A DNA stretch of 64,000 nt, from the IMG/VR virus record IMGVR_UViG_3300045988_129927; one strand, 5' to 3'. Positions 19,419 through 30,120 of this stretch are shown here, one piece after another (position 1 is the stretch's first letter; every line of letters starts with the position of its first letter). Made by a program: the position numbers and the translations under genes. The notes beneath the pieces were generated by a model. The model worked only from the letters and a program-made list of their open reading frames with translations. It searched no databases and was not told where the DNA came from. This DNA is from a virus.

Positions 19419-19668
19419 CTATAGGCTTGGAGAGAAATCATGTATTTCAAACGATAAGTGGATCAAGTTTATTCAAATTGACCCGCGCCATCTTAACTAG
19501 CACGATGCTTTCTCAACCCCACACTTATCCCGAAGTTACGTGTAAGATATCAAAAACACAGATGGCTGCATTATGCTAATCGGAGTTCCTCTATATGCTA
19601 TCCTAATCCTCGGGAAAGAAAGATATATACAGAGCACGAAATAGGAGAGCTACTTTCTATTTCATATA
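19419..19668 (-). ncRNA. candidate ~250-nt noncoding RNA
   Basis: ORF-free convergent gap. On the minus strand a TATATG sits in a hairpin loop (19650-19675), followed by locally G+C-rich sequence (GGGATAAGTGTGGGGTTGAGAAAGC...GATGGCGCGGGTCAA), ending at the 19391-19418 hairpin and its T-tract. Confidence 0.3.
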
Positions 19669-19742
19669 AAAGTAGTTTCTAATAAAATAATTTAAGTAAC
19701 TTACGATACAGAGTATCTAAGTCGCTTGAATTATAAAATAAT

Positions 19743-21494
19743 TCAAGTAATAATCACAGGCATTGGTGCAATAGAATAGTAGACATCATTGTCTTGGGTT
19801 CTACTGAAGAACAATACCTTAACCACATCTGTTGCAGTTACTTGAGCATTAACTTGTAATTCTGTATTCCATTTACGAATTGGGAATTCATACTCATTGT
19901 TTTTAATGATTAACTTAAACATATTTGGTTTTGGTGCATTAGGTTCACGACTGGTACGATATTGTGGTTTGGTAGTGTAATACACTTTCTCTAACCATTC
20001 TTCTAGTACAGTTTGACCACAAGAAATATTATATCTATAATCAGTAGCAGAAGCAATACGTACTTGACAGATGATGTTCTCACCATAAGCTGGATTCTGA
20101 TAAGCGTCAAAACCTAATAGGAATCGATCACCTGAAGCATCAGATGCAGGTCTTAACAAACGAATATCAACTGTTTGTGGGTGGATATGTTCTCTAAATG
20201 TATTGTTAATTACACCTAAATCAATCGCAACATCTAATTGTTGCAATGGGCCAAATAGTTTACCATTTAGGCTTCTATTTGGACTATTCTGGGTAATGTA
20301 TACACTATTGGTTACATCCAACCATTGGTTTCTATCTAATGTAAATAAGTACCAGTCAAGCTGATAACCAATATCGTTATTAATCCACTTAGGTACAGGA
20401 TAGAGCTTAACAGAATAAGCGCCATCTCGCTCAACGATTGTATAGTTAAACGAACGTACAATTAAGTGTCGGTTATTGTTATTAATAACATGCACTGATT
20501 TCTCATTATCTGCTAAGTAGTATACTAAAGATAAAGAACCTTTAGTAGAAGCTACAGATTCAGCAGCTTTATCCAAATACAGTAATTCAAACTTATTACC
20601 ATCTACTGGATAAGTAATGGTAGAACCATCTGAGTAATGTACTTTACCCATTAAGTTAATAGAGTTTTTCAATACTTGTTCTGGAATCAGAAGATTAGAA
20701 TCATCTGTAGAATCGATATAGAATGACTCAAGAGAAATGTTATTAATAAACTTATCTGCATCTGATACATCGCGCAGTAATGCCGAATACTCAACAATCC
20801 AGTTAGTACGTGAACACAAACCACCACGGTCATCGTAAATCAAGATAAGAATCATCTCACCTTCTTCTAACTCATGTGTACAGTAGAAATCTGGGATATA
20901 CCACTGAGTGTGATTATTAGAATCACGTTGTGCAACAGGCATTAATGGGATTTCGTTACCAATAAAGTTAAAGCTTTGGTCGTATCGAGCTGAAATAGCT
21001 AAACCACCTTGACCAGCAATAGTTCCCTTATAAGCAACTGCGTGGTGAGGCGTTGTACCTTGAATGTGGAATTGAGATGGAATCTTTAGTGTAGGACGTG
21101 CGACAGAATTATCGTAGAAAATCTGACGTGAGCAAGGTGTAGCTAATGTACCACCTGCAAAGAATCGCCCTTCTTCAGAAGTCATTTCATCAACCGCAAT
21201 TTTATTGGATTGAATCAATCGTAATTCAGGTACTTGTGTGGTTGGGTCAATAGACATTACTTTATAAACTTTAGGTGGTTCTAAGCTAATGTCTTCAACA
21301 TAATCATTTACTTTAGGAATCCATTTACGGTGGCCTTCTCGACCTAAATAGATATCGTGCATTGCCCAGCGTCGCCATGTCTGGGTATCATCGTAAATAG
21401 GCGGTTCACCGTCAATACCTACGATTGATGTATCCACAGCATGGTTTCTGGCATACACAGGTAGATTAGTTGGAATGTCCGTTGGACTAGGCAT
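19743..21494 (-). CDS. hypothetical protein (probable virion/tail module)
   Basis: 583-aa ORF with an 8-nt overlap with the upstream 913-aa ORF. Lies beside the sheath/tube-like genes. No motif recognised. Confidence 0.75.
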   Translation of the reverse strand: MPSPTDIPTNLPVYARNHAVDTSIVGIDGEPPIYDDTQTWRRWAMHDIYLGREGHRKWIPKVNDYVEDISLEPPKVYKVMSIDPTTQVPELRLIQSNKIAVDEMTSEEGRFFAGGTLATPCSRQIFYDNSVARPTLKIPSQFHIQGTTPHHAVAYKGTIAGQGGLAISARYDQSFNFIGNEIPLMPVAQRDSNNHTQWYIPDFYCTHELEEGEMILILIYDDRGGLCSRTNWIVEYSALLRDVSDADKFINNISLESFYIDSTDDSNLLIPEQVLKNSINLMGKVHYSDGSTITYPVDGNKFELLYLDKAAESVASTKGSLSLVYYLADNEKSVHVINNNNRHLIVRSFNYTIVERDGAYSVKLYPVPKWINNDIGYQLDWYLFTLDRNQWLDVTNSVYITQNSPNRSLNGKLFGPLQQLDVAIDLGVINNTFREHIHPQTVDIRLLRPASDASGDRFLLGFDAYQNPAYGENIICQVRIASATDYRYNISCGQTVLEEWLEKVYYTTKPQYRTSREPNAPKPNMFKLIIKNNEYEFPIRKWNTELQVNAQVTATDVVKVLFFSRTQDNDVYYSIAPMPVIIT

Positions 21495-24228
21495 GTTGTT
21501 CTCCTATTCTTACAAAATGAGATAATTCAATACTGTTTCGATAATAGATACGAACGACTTGTTTTAACCATCTCATCTGGTGATAAGTAATGTCTGTAAT
21601 CGTATTCTTATAAACCGGATGGATAGTTACGTGTTTCAAACTAATTGCATCCAGTTTAAATGATGGTTCAATTTTAAAGAACTCTTGATAATTAGCTTCC
21701 ATGTAATCAATGATTTCTTGGTCTAAGTATCTAGATTCCATATTAGGGAAGTCAACCAGATTCTCCGATAAATCGTAAATCAAACGACTTAATAGTGGAG
21801 AGAACAATTTATACAATCCATGAATTGGTGGATTGGTGGTTGTCCTTTGTTCTGGTAATAACATAGTCATGTAATCAGAAATCTTCTTATCTAATACTTC
21901 AGCTTCTTTCTTAAACTGATAAGCATCTTTAGGATAAGTATCTCGTTTACCAGAAATCACGTCAACAATTTCGTATGGTTTACCTTCTAATACATCTCTT
22001 CGTTTAGGAATCACCAAACCATCTTCAGAGAAACCTAAGTCCTCTTTTGCAATAATACCATTACCTACTTTAATTAAAAGATTCTTTTCTTCCAAAATAT
22101 CCCATCTATTATTCTTCGACAGCATACCATTGTTTACATAACCGACTTGTCTGTTGGCATTTAAAATACCAGTCAGTTGAGTAATGGTACGTTTATCTAC
22201 TGTAGTATGGTTTTTCGTATCAGGGAAACCATACATTCTAAATGTAATCTTTTGTTTTTCTAAACTAAAGTCAATACAGCCTTTACTGATAATATGGACT
22301 TTAGGAAAGTCTACGAAGTAATCAATACCTTCAATTAAAGCATAACCATTTAAGAATACGTCTAAATACCCGTAGGGTACTTTAACAGGTTGTTCTTTTA
22401 ACTTCTCTTCGTCAATATCTTGATAAACTTGAGTAAGTGTGAAAGATAAGTTATTCTTCACTACTCTTGCTTCTACATCTCGACACAAAAAGTCATCGTC
22501 TGTACGATAAATAAAGTATTTATCTACTGTATTGTACATAGGTTCACGAGAAGACGGTGTTTCGTATTTATCACTTAACCAAATCTTAGTTTCATCTGTT
22601 TGTTCGTCGTATGATTTATTTAACATTACTTTATCAGTAATGTCTTCCCAAACAGTATAGTCATTTTGGTTTTCGTTCAATAACTCTTTCTTACATCCGT
22701 AGAATCGATATTCTGAATCTTTACTAGCAATAGTAAACTTATTCTTACCTTCACCAAAGTAATGGTATGGTTGTCGTGTACCTACACCACCAATAAATTC
22801 AACATATCGTGTACGTGAATCTTCAACTGGATATTGATTATAATTACCTAGTCGAGACCATTTCAATAGTTTACCATTTTCATCGTATTCGAAAATAGTA
22901 GATTTGTGCCTAAAGGTATAAGGCACATTAACTACTTTACCACCTAAACCATCATCAACAAAATCTTTATAAGGATGTACTGATTTTGCAGTATACCAAG
23001 TAACAGCATTGTAACCATAAGCATTTTGAATACGTTCAAGATCGCAAATAGGTTTATCCAAAGAGACTAACTTCATTAAATCAGAATTCTCTAATACATC
23101 AGCACGCCATTCTTGGATATTTGAATTTACACCTAATAAAGCAGCTGTACGATTACGGTAAGGTAGTTTATTTAACTCGTGTAATCGATGTGCATTGTAA
23201 GGGAATCTGATGTTACGATATTGTTTACGGTAATGTACTTGGAATACAATTCTACCTTGTGCTTGGTCAATAAACTCATGGTCATGAATTAACTCTTTAA
23301 CCAAGTTAGTGCTGATTGAGAAATCGCAATTAGTTACTTGACGTACATTGGATATATTGTTACGATGTAGTAATACGCCTTTGAACATCTTAGGAGTGTT
23401 ATTGTGGTAGAATGATAAGTAGAAATCACAATCGTCAAAATATTCAAATGTATTAGAACGATAAGATTTATCATGGGTAAATAAATACTTACGAATACCG
23501 TCTAATAAAGATTTAAATGTAGGTGTTTGATTTATGTTAATTTCTACTGTTTTGTAAATAGTCGAATCGTAAATAATCTCAACCACATCGCCTTCCAAGA
23601 TAGGATAAGAAATAGGATTATCTACAATATAGCCGTTAATATACGTAAACATCTTACCTGGTTTTCTTTCGTACTTACGATAGAAATCGCTAATAATAGT
23701 ACGTTGAGACATCCTGATTAATTTAAGATATAAGATATCTGTTTTATCAGCTGGTTGGTTTGGACCAGGTGTTGTATGTAATGCATTTCGATAAGTTCGA
23801 AATGTAATGTCTTCTTTATCCATATCCCAAGGGATTTTTGTTTCTTCTCGGATAATAATAACAATATTCTTCTCTACTGTAGTCGTAAAGTAAATATGTG
23901 TTAAAGGAATCATAATGCCTTTTACTGTATAGAACTGGAACAACACATTGGTTTCTTTACAGTATTCTGCCATGTTCACCCATTCTGAACGTTCTGGGTA
24001 TTCTATAAAAGGCAGATTAACAATAGGTTCAAATACTTGTCCTAATACATAAGCATGATATCTATCGTATTTAGTAGGTAAGTTATAGTCTTCCGAGAAA
24101 ATTTGGACGTGGTTACGCGCACCGCCAAATGGCGTAATTCTAGCAGGTCGAATAATCGATTGATTATCTTGGTGAGGCGCACCCCAAAGGTTATAGATAA
24201 AATGACCGATAAGATAAGGTACCTTCAT
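21487..24228 (-). CDS. hypothetical large protein (probable virion/tail module)
   Basis: 913-aa ORF with a GAAAGGATAAAAGAAG-ATG RBS. Confidence 0.8.
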   Translation of the reverse strand: MKVPYLIGHFIYNLWGAPHQDNQSIIRPARITPFGGARNHVQIFSEDYNLPTKYDRYHAYVLGQVFEPIVNLPFIEYPERSEWVNMAEYCKETNVLFQFYTVKGIMIPLTHIYFTTTVEKNIVIIIREETKIPWDMDKEDITFRTYRNALHTTPGPNQPADKTDILYLKLIRMSQRTIISDFYRKYERKPGKMFTYINGYIVDNPISYPILEGDVVEIIYDSTIYKTVEININQTPTFKSLLDGIRKYLFTHDKSYRSNTFEYFDDCDFYLSFYHNNTPKMFKGVLLHRNNISNVRQVTNCDFSISTNLVKELIHDHEFIDQAQGRIVFQVHYRKQYRNIRFPYNAHRLHELNKLPYRNRTAALLGVNSNIQEWRADVLENSDLMKLVSLDKPICDLERIQNAYGYNAVTWYTAKSVHPYKDFVDDGLGGKVVNVPYTFRHKSTIFEYDENGKLLKWSRLGNYNQYPVEDSRTRYVEFIGGVGTRQPYHYFGEGKNKFTIASKDSEYRFYGCKKELLNENQNDYTVWEDITDKVMLNKSYDEQTDETKIWLSDKYETPSSREPMYNTVDKYFIYRTDDDFLCRDVEARVVKNNLSFTLTQVYQDIDEEKLKEQPVKVPYGYLDVFLNGYALIEGIDYFVDFPKVHIISKGCIDFSLEKQKITFRMYGFPDTKNHTTVDKRTITQLTGILNANRQVGYVNNGMLSKNNRWDILEEKNLLIKVGNGIIAKEDLGFSEDGLVIPKRRDVLEGKPYEIVDVISGKRDTYPKDAYQFKKEAEVLDKKISDYMTMLLPEQRTTTNPPIHGLYKLFSPLLSRLIYDLSENLVDFPNMESRYLDQEIIDYMEANYQEFFKIEPSFKLDAISLKHVTIHPVYKNTITDITYHQMRWLKQVVRIYYRNSIELSHFVRIGEQHA

Positions 24229-24250
24229 CTTCTTTTATCCTTTCAGTATC

Positions 24251-25156
24251 TTATCGTCCAGTTACAATACCATTGACACCTAGGACGAATTGTTGTTTAT
24301 CTCTTGAGAAATTTCTTAATGCGATTTTAGTCAAACCAGCATTCTTAAATGGTTGCTCTGTCAAGCACATTGCTAAAACAGCAATAAATGTAGGAATGTG
24401 TTCCATGGAGATGGAGAGTAATTCCATCTTATCTAAACCTACCCAAACTGCACTATTTAAATTCTTAGCAATTGTAGTGTAGAACATACCGATATTCAAA
24501 CCTTTTAATGTAGGGTTATCAATCTTCTCATGTACATCTTTAATAAAATCATCTACAGATTTATAAACCAAACCATTTACATATCGTGTAATATAAGTCG
24601 CAGGGATATTAATATCACGAGAGAGTTTAGCAATCACTGCTTGAAGTTCTAAGTCACCAATAACTTCTTGTTCGCTAAGCATAGAGTAATATAACCATGC
24701 GCCTAATACACGCAGTGTAACAATATCATCTGGACCACAATGAAACGCCATAGAGATAGCATTGGTAATCAAATCGGAATAAGTCTTCATGGCATTTTGA
24801 GACAATGATTTAATAGCACGTGGACCATTCTCTACTAAATCTGAAGTCAAACCACTACGCAGTGTTTGTAAGGTATAAAGACTACGGTTACCTACAGTGT
24901 ATTCACCAGGTTGCATTTCACGTACAAATGCTGTTAAGTCTGTTGCAACATATTTTAAATTACGACCTAAGTCAACCACTACAGGATGGTCAAATTTAGG
25001 GATGATGTCATTTGGGTAAATTAAAATAATACGGTTATTTTCATCTACTTTAATCCAAGGGTAGTTCTGTGCTAAAGCAGTACGAATCTTTTCTTCTACA
25101 CCTTTAATATTTAATACTTTACCAATGGTGGTTTCGTAAGGAGATTGATAAATCAT
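24251..25156 (-). CDS. hypothetical protein
   Basis: 301-aa ORF with TTTAAAGGATACTGAAA-ATG. Confidence 0.75.
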   Translation of the reverse strand: MIYQSPYETTIGKVLNIKGVEEKIRTALAQNYPWIKVDENNRIILIYPNDIIPKFDHPVVVDLGRNLKYVATDLTAFVREMQPGEYTVGNRSLYTLQTLRSGLTSDLVENGPRAIKSLSQNAMKTYSDLITNAISMAFHCGPDDIVTLRVLGAWLYYSMLSEQEVIGDLELQAVIAKLSRDINIPATYITRYVNGLVYKSVDDFIKDVHEKIDNPTLKGLNIGMFYTTIAKNLNSAVWVGLDKMELLSISMEHIPTFIAVLAMCLTEQPFKNAGLTKIALRNFSRDKQQFVLGVNGIVTGR

Positions 25157-25449
25157 TTTCAGTATCCTTTAAAATTAAAAAAATAATGTTTATTTTAGCT
25201 AAAATACCTACTGTTTCAAATAGGCTACATTCATACTTTCTACTTTTATTTATTGCAATTTAATTATAAATAAATTTAATACTGTTTATATATATCAGTA
25301 TTTCATTTTGATTATTATGAATGTCGAACTGCTCGTTTGATTTCAAATACCATTTAAAAGGATTGTGTGCACACACTCTTTACTATTCAGTTTAAAATGG
25401 TAAAACGACTTTTACACTAAATTATAAACCAAAATATGGAGACTCTGAA

Positions 25450-27609
25450 ATGAGTAAAGTTGATATTTACGTATCCAATGCTACCCCTTATAGCTTCCAT
25501 CTTGGTACTGATGATAAATCAGGAAAAGTGCAAACTCTAAAAACATTGCCTCGCCCAATGCATTTGCCTTTCTTCCTGTTCTATGGTCAAAAAGGTACTC
25601 TAGATGAAGTCATGGTAGATGGTGCTGCTTTTGCTAAAATTTACGGTACTGAAACGCTTCGTGAAAATAGTCCCTACTTTAACCACGTATCCCCTTTTAT
25701 TAAAGGTGTGCTTGAAGATGGTGGTACTATTCTTGCTAAACGTATTGTACCAAAAGGTGCTGAAAAACTGGCCTCTGTACGTGTTTCTTTAGAATACGTA
25801 GAAACTACTGTTGATGAATACCAACGCGACCGTGAAGGTAACTTTGTTAAAGACAGCCGTGGTGGCTTTACTACTACAGGTAAACAAATCCCTGGCGTAC
25901 TTTATCGTTTCGTAACAGATGAAATCCCTACTACTGAAGTAACTGCTGGTACTAATACTTACAAAAACTTTGAATTTGGTATTGGTTCAGAATCTGTTGG
26001 TGACTTGACCGATGGTCAAGGTGCAACTTCAAAACGTGTTCCGTTGTTTGACTTTGTAACTAACTCACCAGGTGCACATGGTAATCTGTCTGGTATCTCT
26101 ATTTGGAGTCCTACTAGCAAAGACGCTTCACCTATCAACCACATTGCATTCTCTGATACTGGAAGCTATCCTTTCCGTATGCAATTGGTTACTAAAGAAA
26201 CTCCTACCTCTAACCCTGTTGTGGCTACTACTGTATCTGGTGCTCGTGAGATTGACTTCTCCCTGAAACCAGAAGCTGTTTCTAAATCTGGCTTGCATTA
26301 TCACTTAGGTGAAACCTTTGTTGAATTGTATAATGACTTGACTCCAGCTAATCCATTGTTGCCACCTACATTTGGTCCATTTACTCGTCTGTATGTTTAC
26401 CAAAATAACATCGACTCTGTACTGGAACTCTTTACTACTAAAGAGATTTCTGCTGAACAACGTGGTGATTTCTCAGGTGTAACCAGTACTGATGTAAGTG
26501 CTAAAAAATATTTGTTTAACCTATTTGGTGGCCGCCATTCTGATGGTGATCCTTATCAAACTTACCGTCAAGGTGAGTTAGGTACCAATGGTGTTATTCT
26601 AGGTAGCAACAGCGTGATGTGGGCTAAAGGTGGTACCGATGGCGACATGAATGATGATGACTTTGCTAAAGCTGTAGAAGCTTGGTTGGAAGAAGTAGCT
26701 GACCCTAATGGTAAGTACATGGACAATGTATCTTACAATGACTCTACTTTCTGGGATACTGGTTTCCCTCTGGAAACTAAGTTGAAACTGGGTAAATACA
26801 TTGCTACTCGTAAAGACCGTTGGGTATGTGTTAGCACCCATGTGGCTGGTGAGGAACAACCTATCAGCATCGCTGAAGAAAATACCCGTGTAGCAGCTAT
26901 TCGCTCTGCTGTACGTTTGTTTGCTGACTCTTCTATTTACGGTACTGGTGCTTATCGTGCTGTAATCGTAGCGGGTTCTGGTCGAATCGATAAAACCGTT
27001 TCTTCTTATAAGAAACGTGTTCCTAAGTCTTACGAACTATGCCGTATCGTTAGCAAATACTGGGGTGCTGGTATCGGTCGTGCTAATAGCACTTACGATT
27101 ATACTGAAGGCGACAATAACTACTTCAAGTATCTGGTTGATGTGACTAACTCTTGGGCACCTTACCAAGTACGTAATGAAACTTGGGCTTCAGGTGGTAT
27201 GTGGTCTGAACGTTCTGACCGTAAAGTTGACTTCTTCCCAGCATTCCGTACTGTATACGACAATGACAGCTCTACACTTACTACACTTCGCCCTATGTTG
27301 GTTCACGTAGAACTGAACAAAATTGGTTACGAAGGTCATCGTGCATTCAGTGGTAAAGATTGGCCAGAAGAACGCTTCTTACAAGAAGCTACTGATTGGT
27401 ATTACGACCAAATTAAAGACTACAAGTTCGGTGGTAAAGTCGAAGTAGAATGGAGTATTGAAATTACTAAACTTGATAAAGAAAAAGGCTATATGTGGCA
27501 TACTGAAGGTATTGTATACGCAGATGGTCAACGCACTGTTCAAGTATTCAATACTACTAATATGCGTCGTTCTGACAAACCTGAGAACTCACCTGCTATT
27601 GTAGCGTAA
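25450..27609 (+). CDS. major virion protein, tail-sheath-like (by size, position, codon bias)
   Basis: 719 aa with strongly biased, G+C-richer codon usage. It is followed immediately by a ~290-aa gene, which matches the sheath-then-tube order and the sizes seen in large myoviruses. No diagnostic motif could be verified by eye. Confidence 0.45.
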   Translation: MSKVDIYVSNATPYSFHLGTDDKSGKVQTLKTLPRPMHLPFFLFYGQKGTLDEVMVDGAAFAKIYGTETLRENSPYFNHVSPFIKGVLEDGGTILAKRIVPKGAEKLASVRVSLEYVETTVDEYQRDREGNFVKDSRGGFTTTGKQIPGVLYRFVTDEIPTTEVTAGTNTYKNFEFGIGSESVGDLTDGQGATSKRVPLFDFVTNSPGAHGNLSGISIWSPTSKDASPINHIAFSDTGSYPFRMQLVTKETPTSNPVVATTVSGAREIDFSLKPEAVSKSGLHYHLGETFVELYNDLTPANPLLPPTFGPFTRLYVYQNNIDSVLELFTTKEISAEQRGDFSGVTSTDVSAKKYLFNLFGGRHSDGDPYQTYRQGELGTNGVILGSNSVMWAKGGTDGDMNDDDFAKAVEAWLEEVADPNGKYMDNVSYNDSTFWDTGFPLETKLKLGKYIATRKDRWVCVSTHVAGEEQPISIAEENTRVAAIRSAVRLFADSSIYGTGAYRAVIVAGSGRIDKTVSSYKKRVPKSYELCRIVSKYWGAGIGRANSTYDYTEGDNNYFKYLVDVTNSWAPYQVRNETWASGGMWSERSDRKVDFFPAFRTVYDNDSSTLTTLRPMLVHVELNKIGYEGHRAFSGKDWPEERFLQEATDWYYDQIKDYKFGGKVEVEWSIEITKLDKEKGYMWHTEGIVYADGQRTVQVFNTTNMRRSDKPENSPAIVA

Positions 27610-27685
27610 GGATGATAGTAGGGTAATCTAATTTAAGTTACCCTACTTATTGATTTTTTAATTAATGTACAAAAGGATTACAATA

Positions 27686-28555
27686 ATGGCTCGCGTACAA
27701 CCCGTCTTTATGGCGAAAGGCAATGGTGGATTTGCCGATGGTATCCAAACCAATGTATCCCACTTAATTGAAGGTGGTAACTTTGGTTATGCTAAACAAT
27801 GGCATTCTTGGGTCAATAACCACCAATATACTTCACGTCCTCTTTTGACATTCTTGTTAGAACCACCTATTGGTTTTAAATTGCTACCTAATAAAGAAGA
27901 CCACATTGGTGCACTTCGTTCTCTAGTAGAAACTGTGCGTCACCGCTGGACTGGTTTGCAACACAAACTGACTGTTAACGTGGAATCTTCTCAATCATTC
28001 GGTGGTAGTGGACAAAAATACGAAGTATTCACTAACGTAACTGAAGAACAATCTAGCGTTTCTCTATCTGTATGGGAACGTCCAGGTTTGGCTATCGGTC
28101 GTTTCTTTAAATTCTGGATTAACATGTTGATGATGAATCCAGAAACTAAATATGCTTCTATCTCTACTGTAGCTGGTACCGAAAAATACGACTCTATGCC
28201 AGACATGTACGCCATGTCTATGTTGTTTATCGAACCTGATACCAACCACCGCCATGTTGTTCAATCTTGGATTGGTATTAACATGTGGCCTAAAGACTCT
28301 GGCGATAACGAAGCTAAACACGATAAAGATAACCCATCTGAAGTACGTGAATTGACTATTGGTTTCACTGGCATCTTCCAATATGGCCCTGGTGTAGACT
28401 ACTTCGCACAGAAATACCTGAATAACATTAACTTGATTGGTGCAAATGAATTCCATCAAAAAGCTGCTATCCAAGGTATTGATGCAATGGTAGCTAACGC
28501 CCGTACGAGCTACGTTGACACTGTACGTGCGGTGAGTAAAGCGCAATATAAGTAG
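27686..28555 (+). CDS. major virion protein, tail-tube-like (tentative)
   Basis: Start reassigned to the ATG at 27686 (AAAAGGATTACAATA-ATG). 289 aa with the same codon bias as the upstream gene. Confidence 0.4.
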   Translation: MARVQPVFMAKGNGGFADGIQTNVSHLIEGGNFGYAKQWHSWVNNHQYTSRPLLTFLLEPPIGFKLLPNKEDHIGALRSLVETVRHRWTGLQHKLTVNVESSQSFGGSGQKYEVFTNVTEEQSSVSLSVWERPGLAIGRFFKFWINMLMMNPETKYASISTVAGTEKYDSMPDMYAMSMLFIEPDTNHRHVVQSWIGINMWPKDSGDNEAKHDKDNPSEVRELTIGFTGIFQYGPGVDYFAQKYLNNINLIGANEFHQKAAIQGIDAMVANARTSYVDTVRAVSKAQYK

Positions 28556-28659
28556 CAGGTTTTGACGATTTTGCATAACCTCTACGACTACAATGGGTAC
28601 AGTATTTATATTCATATTACCATTATATGAGTAAGTATTAAAACATAGTAAATGATTAT

Positions 28660-28703
28660 CCTTGCTCTCCTTAGTGGGAGCAAGGGTGATTATCTATTAT
28701 GTT
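28660..28703 (+). promoter_or_regulatory. hairpin + TTATGTT box module
   Basis: CCTTGCTC-N10-GAGCAAGG, then 11 nt, then TTATGTTTATGCTTTTT. Lies between the tube-like gene and the HNH gene. Confidence 0.45.
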
Positions 28704-28744
28704 TATGCTTTTTATATTAACTTCCACTTAAAAGGAATATTGGT

Positions 28745-30028
28745 ATGTCTGAAAGTTTTGGATATAAAGAAATTAAGGGTTTTGAGAACTATTTGATTTA
28801 CGATGATGGTAGTGTTTTTAATAAGAATACTGAAAAAGAATTAACTGGTGAGAAGATTGTCTTATATAACAACGGTAAGACTAAATGGTTTACTAAATCT
28901 GCTTTAATGAAAGAATACTTTCCTACTGTTGACTTAAAAGGATTTAAAACTATCCCTGGTTTCTCTGATTACATGGTAAATAGGGAAGGAGTAGTATATA
29001 GTAAAGTATATAGAAAAATACTTAATTTAACTAAAGATTGTAATGGGTACCATGTTATTTCAGTTTTTAATGATAACAGGGTTAGAAAGACTAAGAAAGT
29101 ACATCATTTAGTATTAATGGCTTTTAAACCAGATGATTATAAGTTAATCACTACTGATTATAAAAATAACCATAATGCTGATGGTAAGATTTATACTACT
29201 AATCACATCGATGGTGTAAAAACAAATAATCGTTTAGATAATTTAGAAGTCATTGAGCATAAAGATAATGTACAACATGCTATGGATACTGGGTTAGTTT
29301 CTACTGTTAAACCGGTTAAGATTAAGTTTCATGATACTGGTGATATAAAACATTACCCGAGTATGATTGCTGCTTCTAGGGCCTTAGGAATGCAGGAAGA
29401 CGGTGTGTTACAAAGACTAGAGCATCCTAACTATAAGTGGGTTTTATGGAGTGATGGTACGCAGATTATTCTTGAGAGTGATGGTGAATTTGAAGATATA
29501 AGATACATTCCTCGTGAAGGTGGTGGTATGTATCAAAATATTGTCGCCATTGACTATAAGAAGAATGCATTTGAAGAGATTATCTATCCTAGTATTAACG
29601 AATATTGTAGGGTTAATGGTATTACTCCTTCTACAGTTAAGAAAGCATTTGAACATACTGGTCATCCTATTATGCGGAATTTACATAGGATTAAGAAAAT
29701 GGATGATCCTAATAACTGGGGCTTGCCTGTTAAGTTAGATCCGATATTTGAATTGGCTACGAGTAGTTACAATAAAGGAAGAATCTATGTATTCTTGAAA
29801 GAAGGAAATGTACCTATTATTAAATTACCTAATGAAGACTTTAAAATAGAAAGTGATAGTAGGTTCTCTAATACGAATATAAATAAGATTAGAGAAAAGT
29901 TAAGATGTAGAGATAGATATAATCTAGATGATGGTTATAGTGTAATGTATTATGAAGATTTTATTAAAACTGAGGAATATAGAAAATGGAGAGGATTATT
30001 TAATCAATTTGAATATCTAGGTGTATAA
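28745..30028 (+). CDS. free-standing HNH homing endonuclease with NUMOD4-like repeats
   Basis: HNH motif TTNHIDGVKTNNRLDNLEVIEHKDNVQHA. Two N-terminal repeats, EIKGFENYLIYDDGSVFN and FKTIPGFSDYMVNREGVVYS, resemble NUMOD4. Confidence 0.85.
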   Translation: MSESFGYKEIKGFENYLIYDDGSVFNKNTEKELTGEKIVLYNNGKTKWFTKSALMKEYFPTVDLKGFKTIPGFSDYMVNREGVVYSKVYRKILNLTKDCNGYHVISVFNDNRVRKTKKVHHLVLMAFKPDDYKLITTDYKNNHNADGKIYTTNHIDGVKTNNRLDNLEVIEHKDNVQHAMDTGLVSTVKPVKIKFHDTGDIKHYPSMIAASRALGMQEDGVLQRLEHPNYKWVLWSDGTQIILESDGEFEDIRYIPREGGGMYQNIVAIDYKKNAFEEIIYPSINEYCRVNGITPSTVKKAFEHTGHPIMRNLHRIKKMDDPNNWGLPVKLDPIFELATSSYNKGRIYVFLKEGNVPIIKLPNEDFKIESDSRFSNTNINKIREKLRCRDRYNLDDGYSVMYYEDFIKTEEYRKWRGLFNQFEYLGV

Positions 30029-30075
30029 TGATTGATTATTACCAATATAAAAAAATAAGGTTATATAGGAAATAT

Positions 30076-30116
30076 ACTACTCTACCTCTTTAGGTAGAGT
30101 AGTATATTCTTATGTT
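30076..30116 (+). terminator. hairpin + TTATGTT box after HNH gene
   Basis: ACTACTCTACC-TCTTTA-GGTAGAGTAGT, followed by ATATTCTTATGTTCTTCTT. No plus-strand gene follows. Confidence 0.55.
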
Positions 30117-30120
30117 CTTC

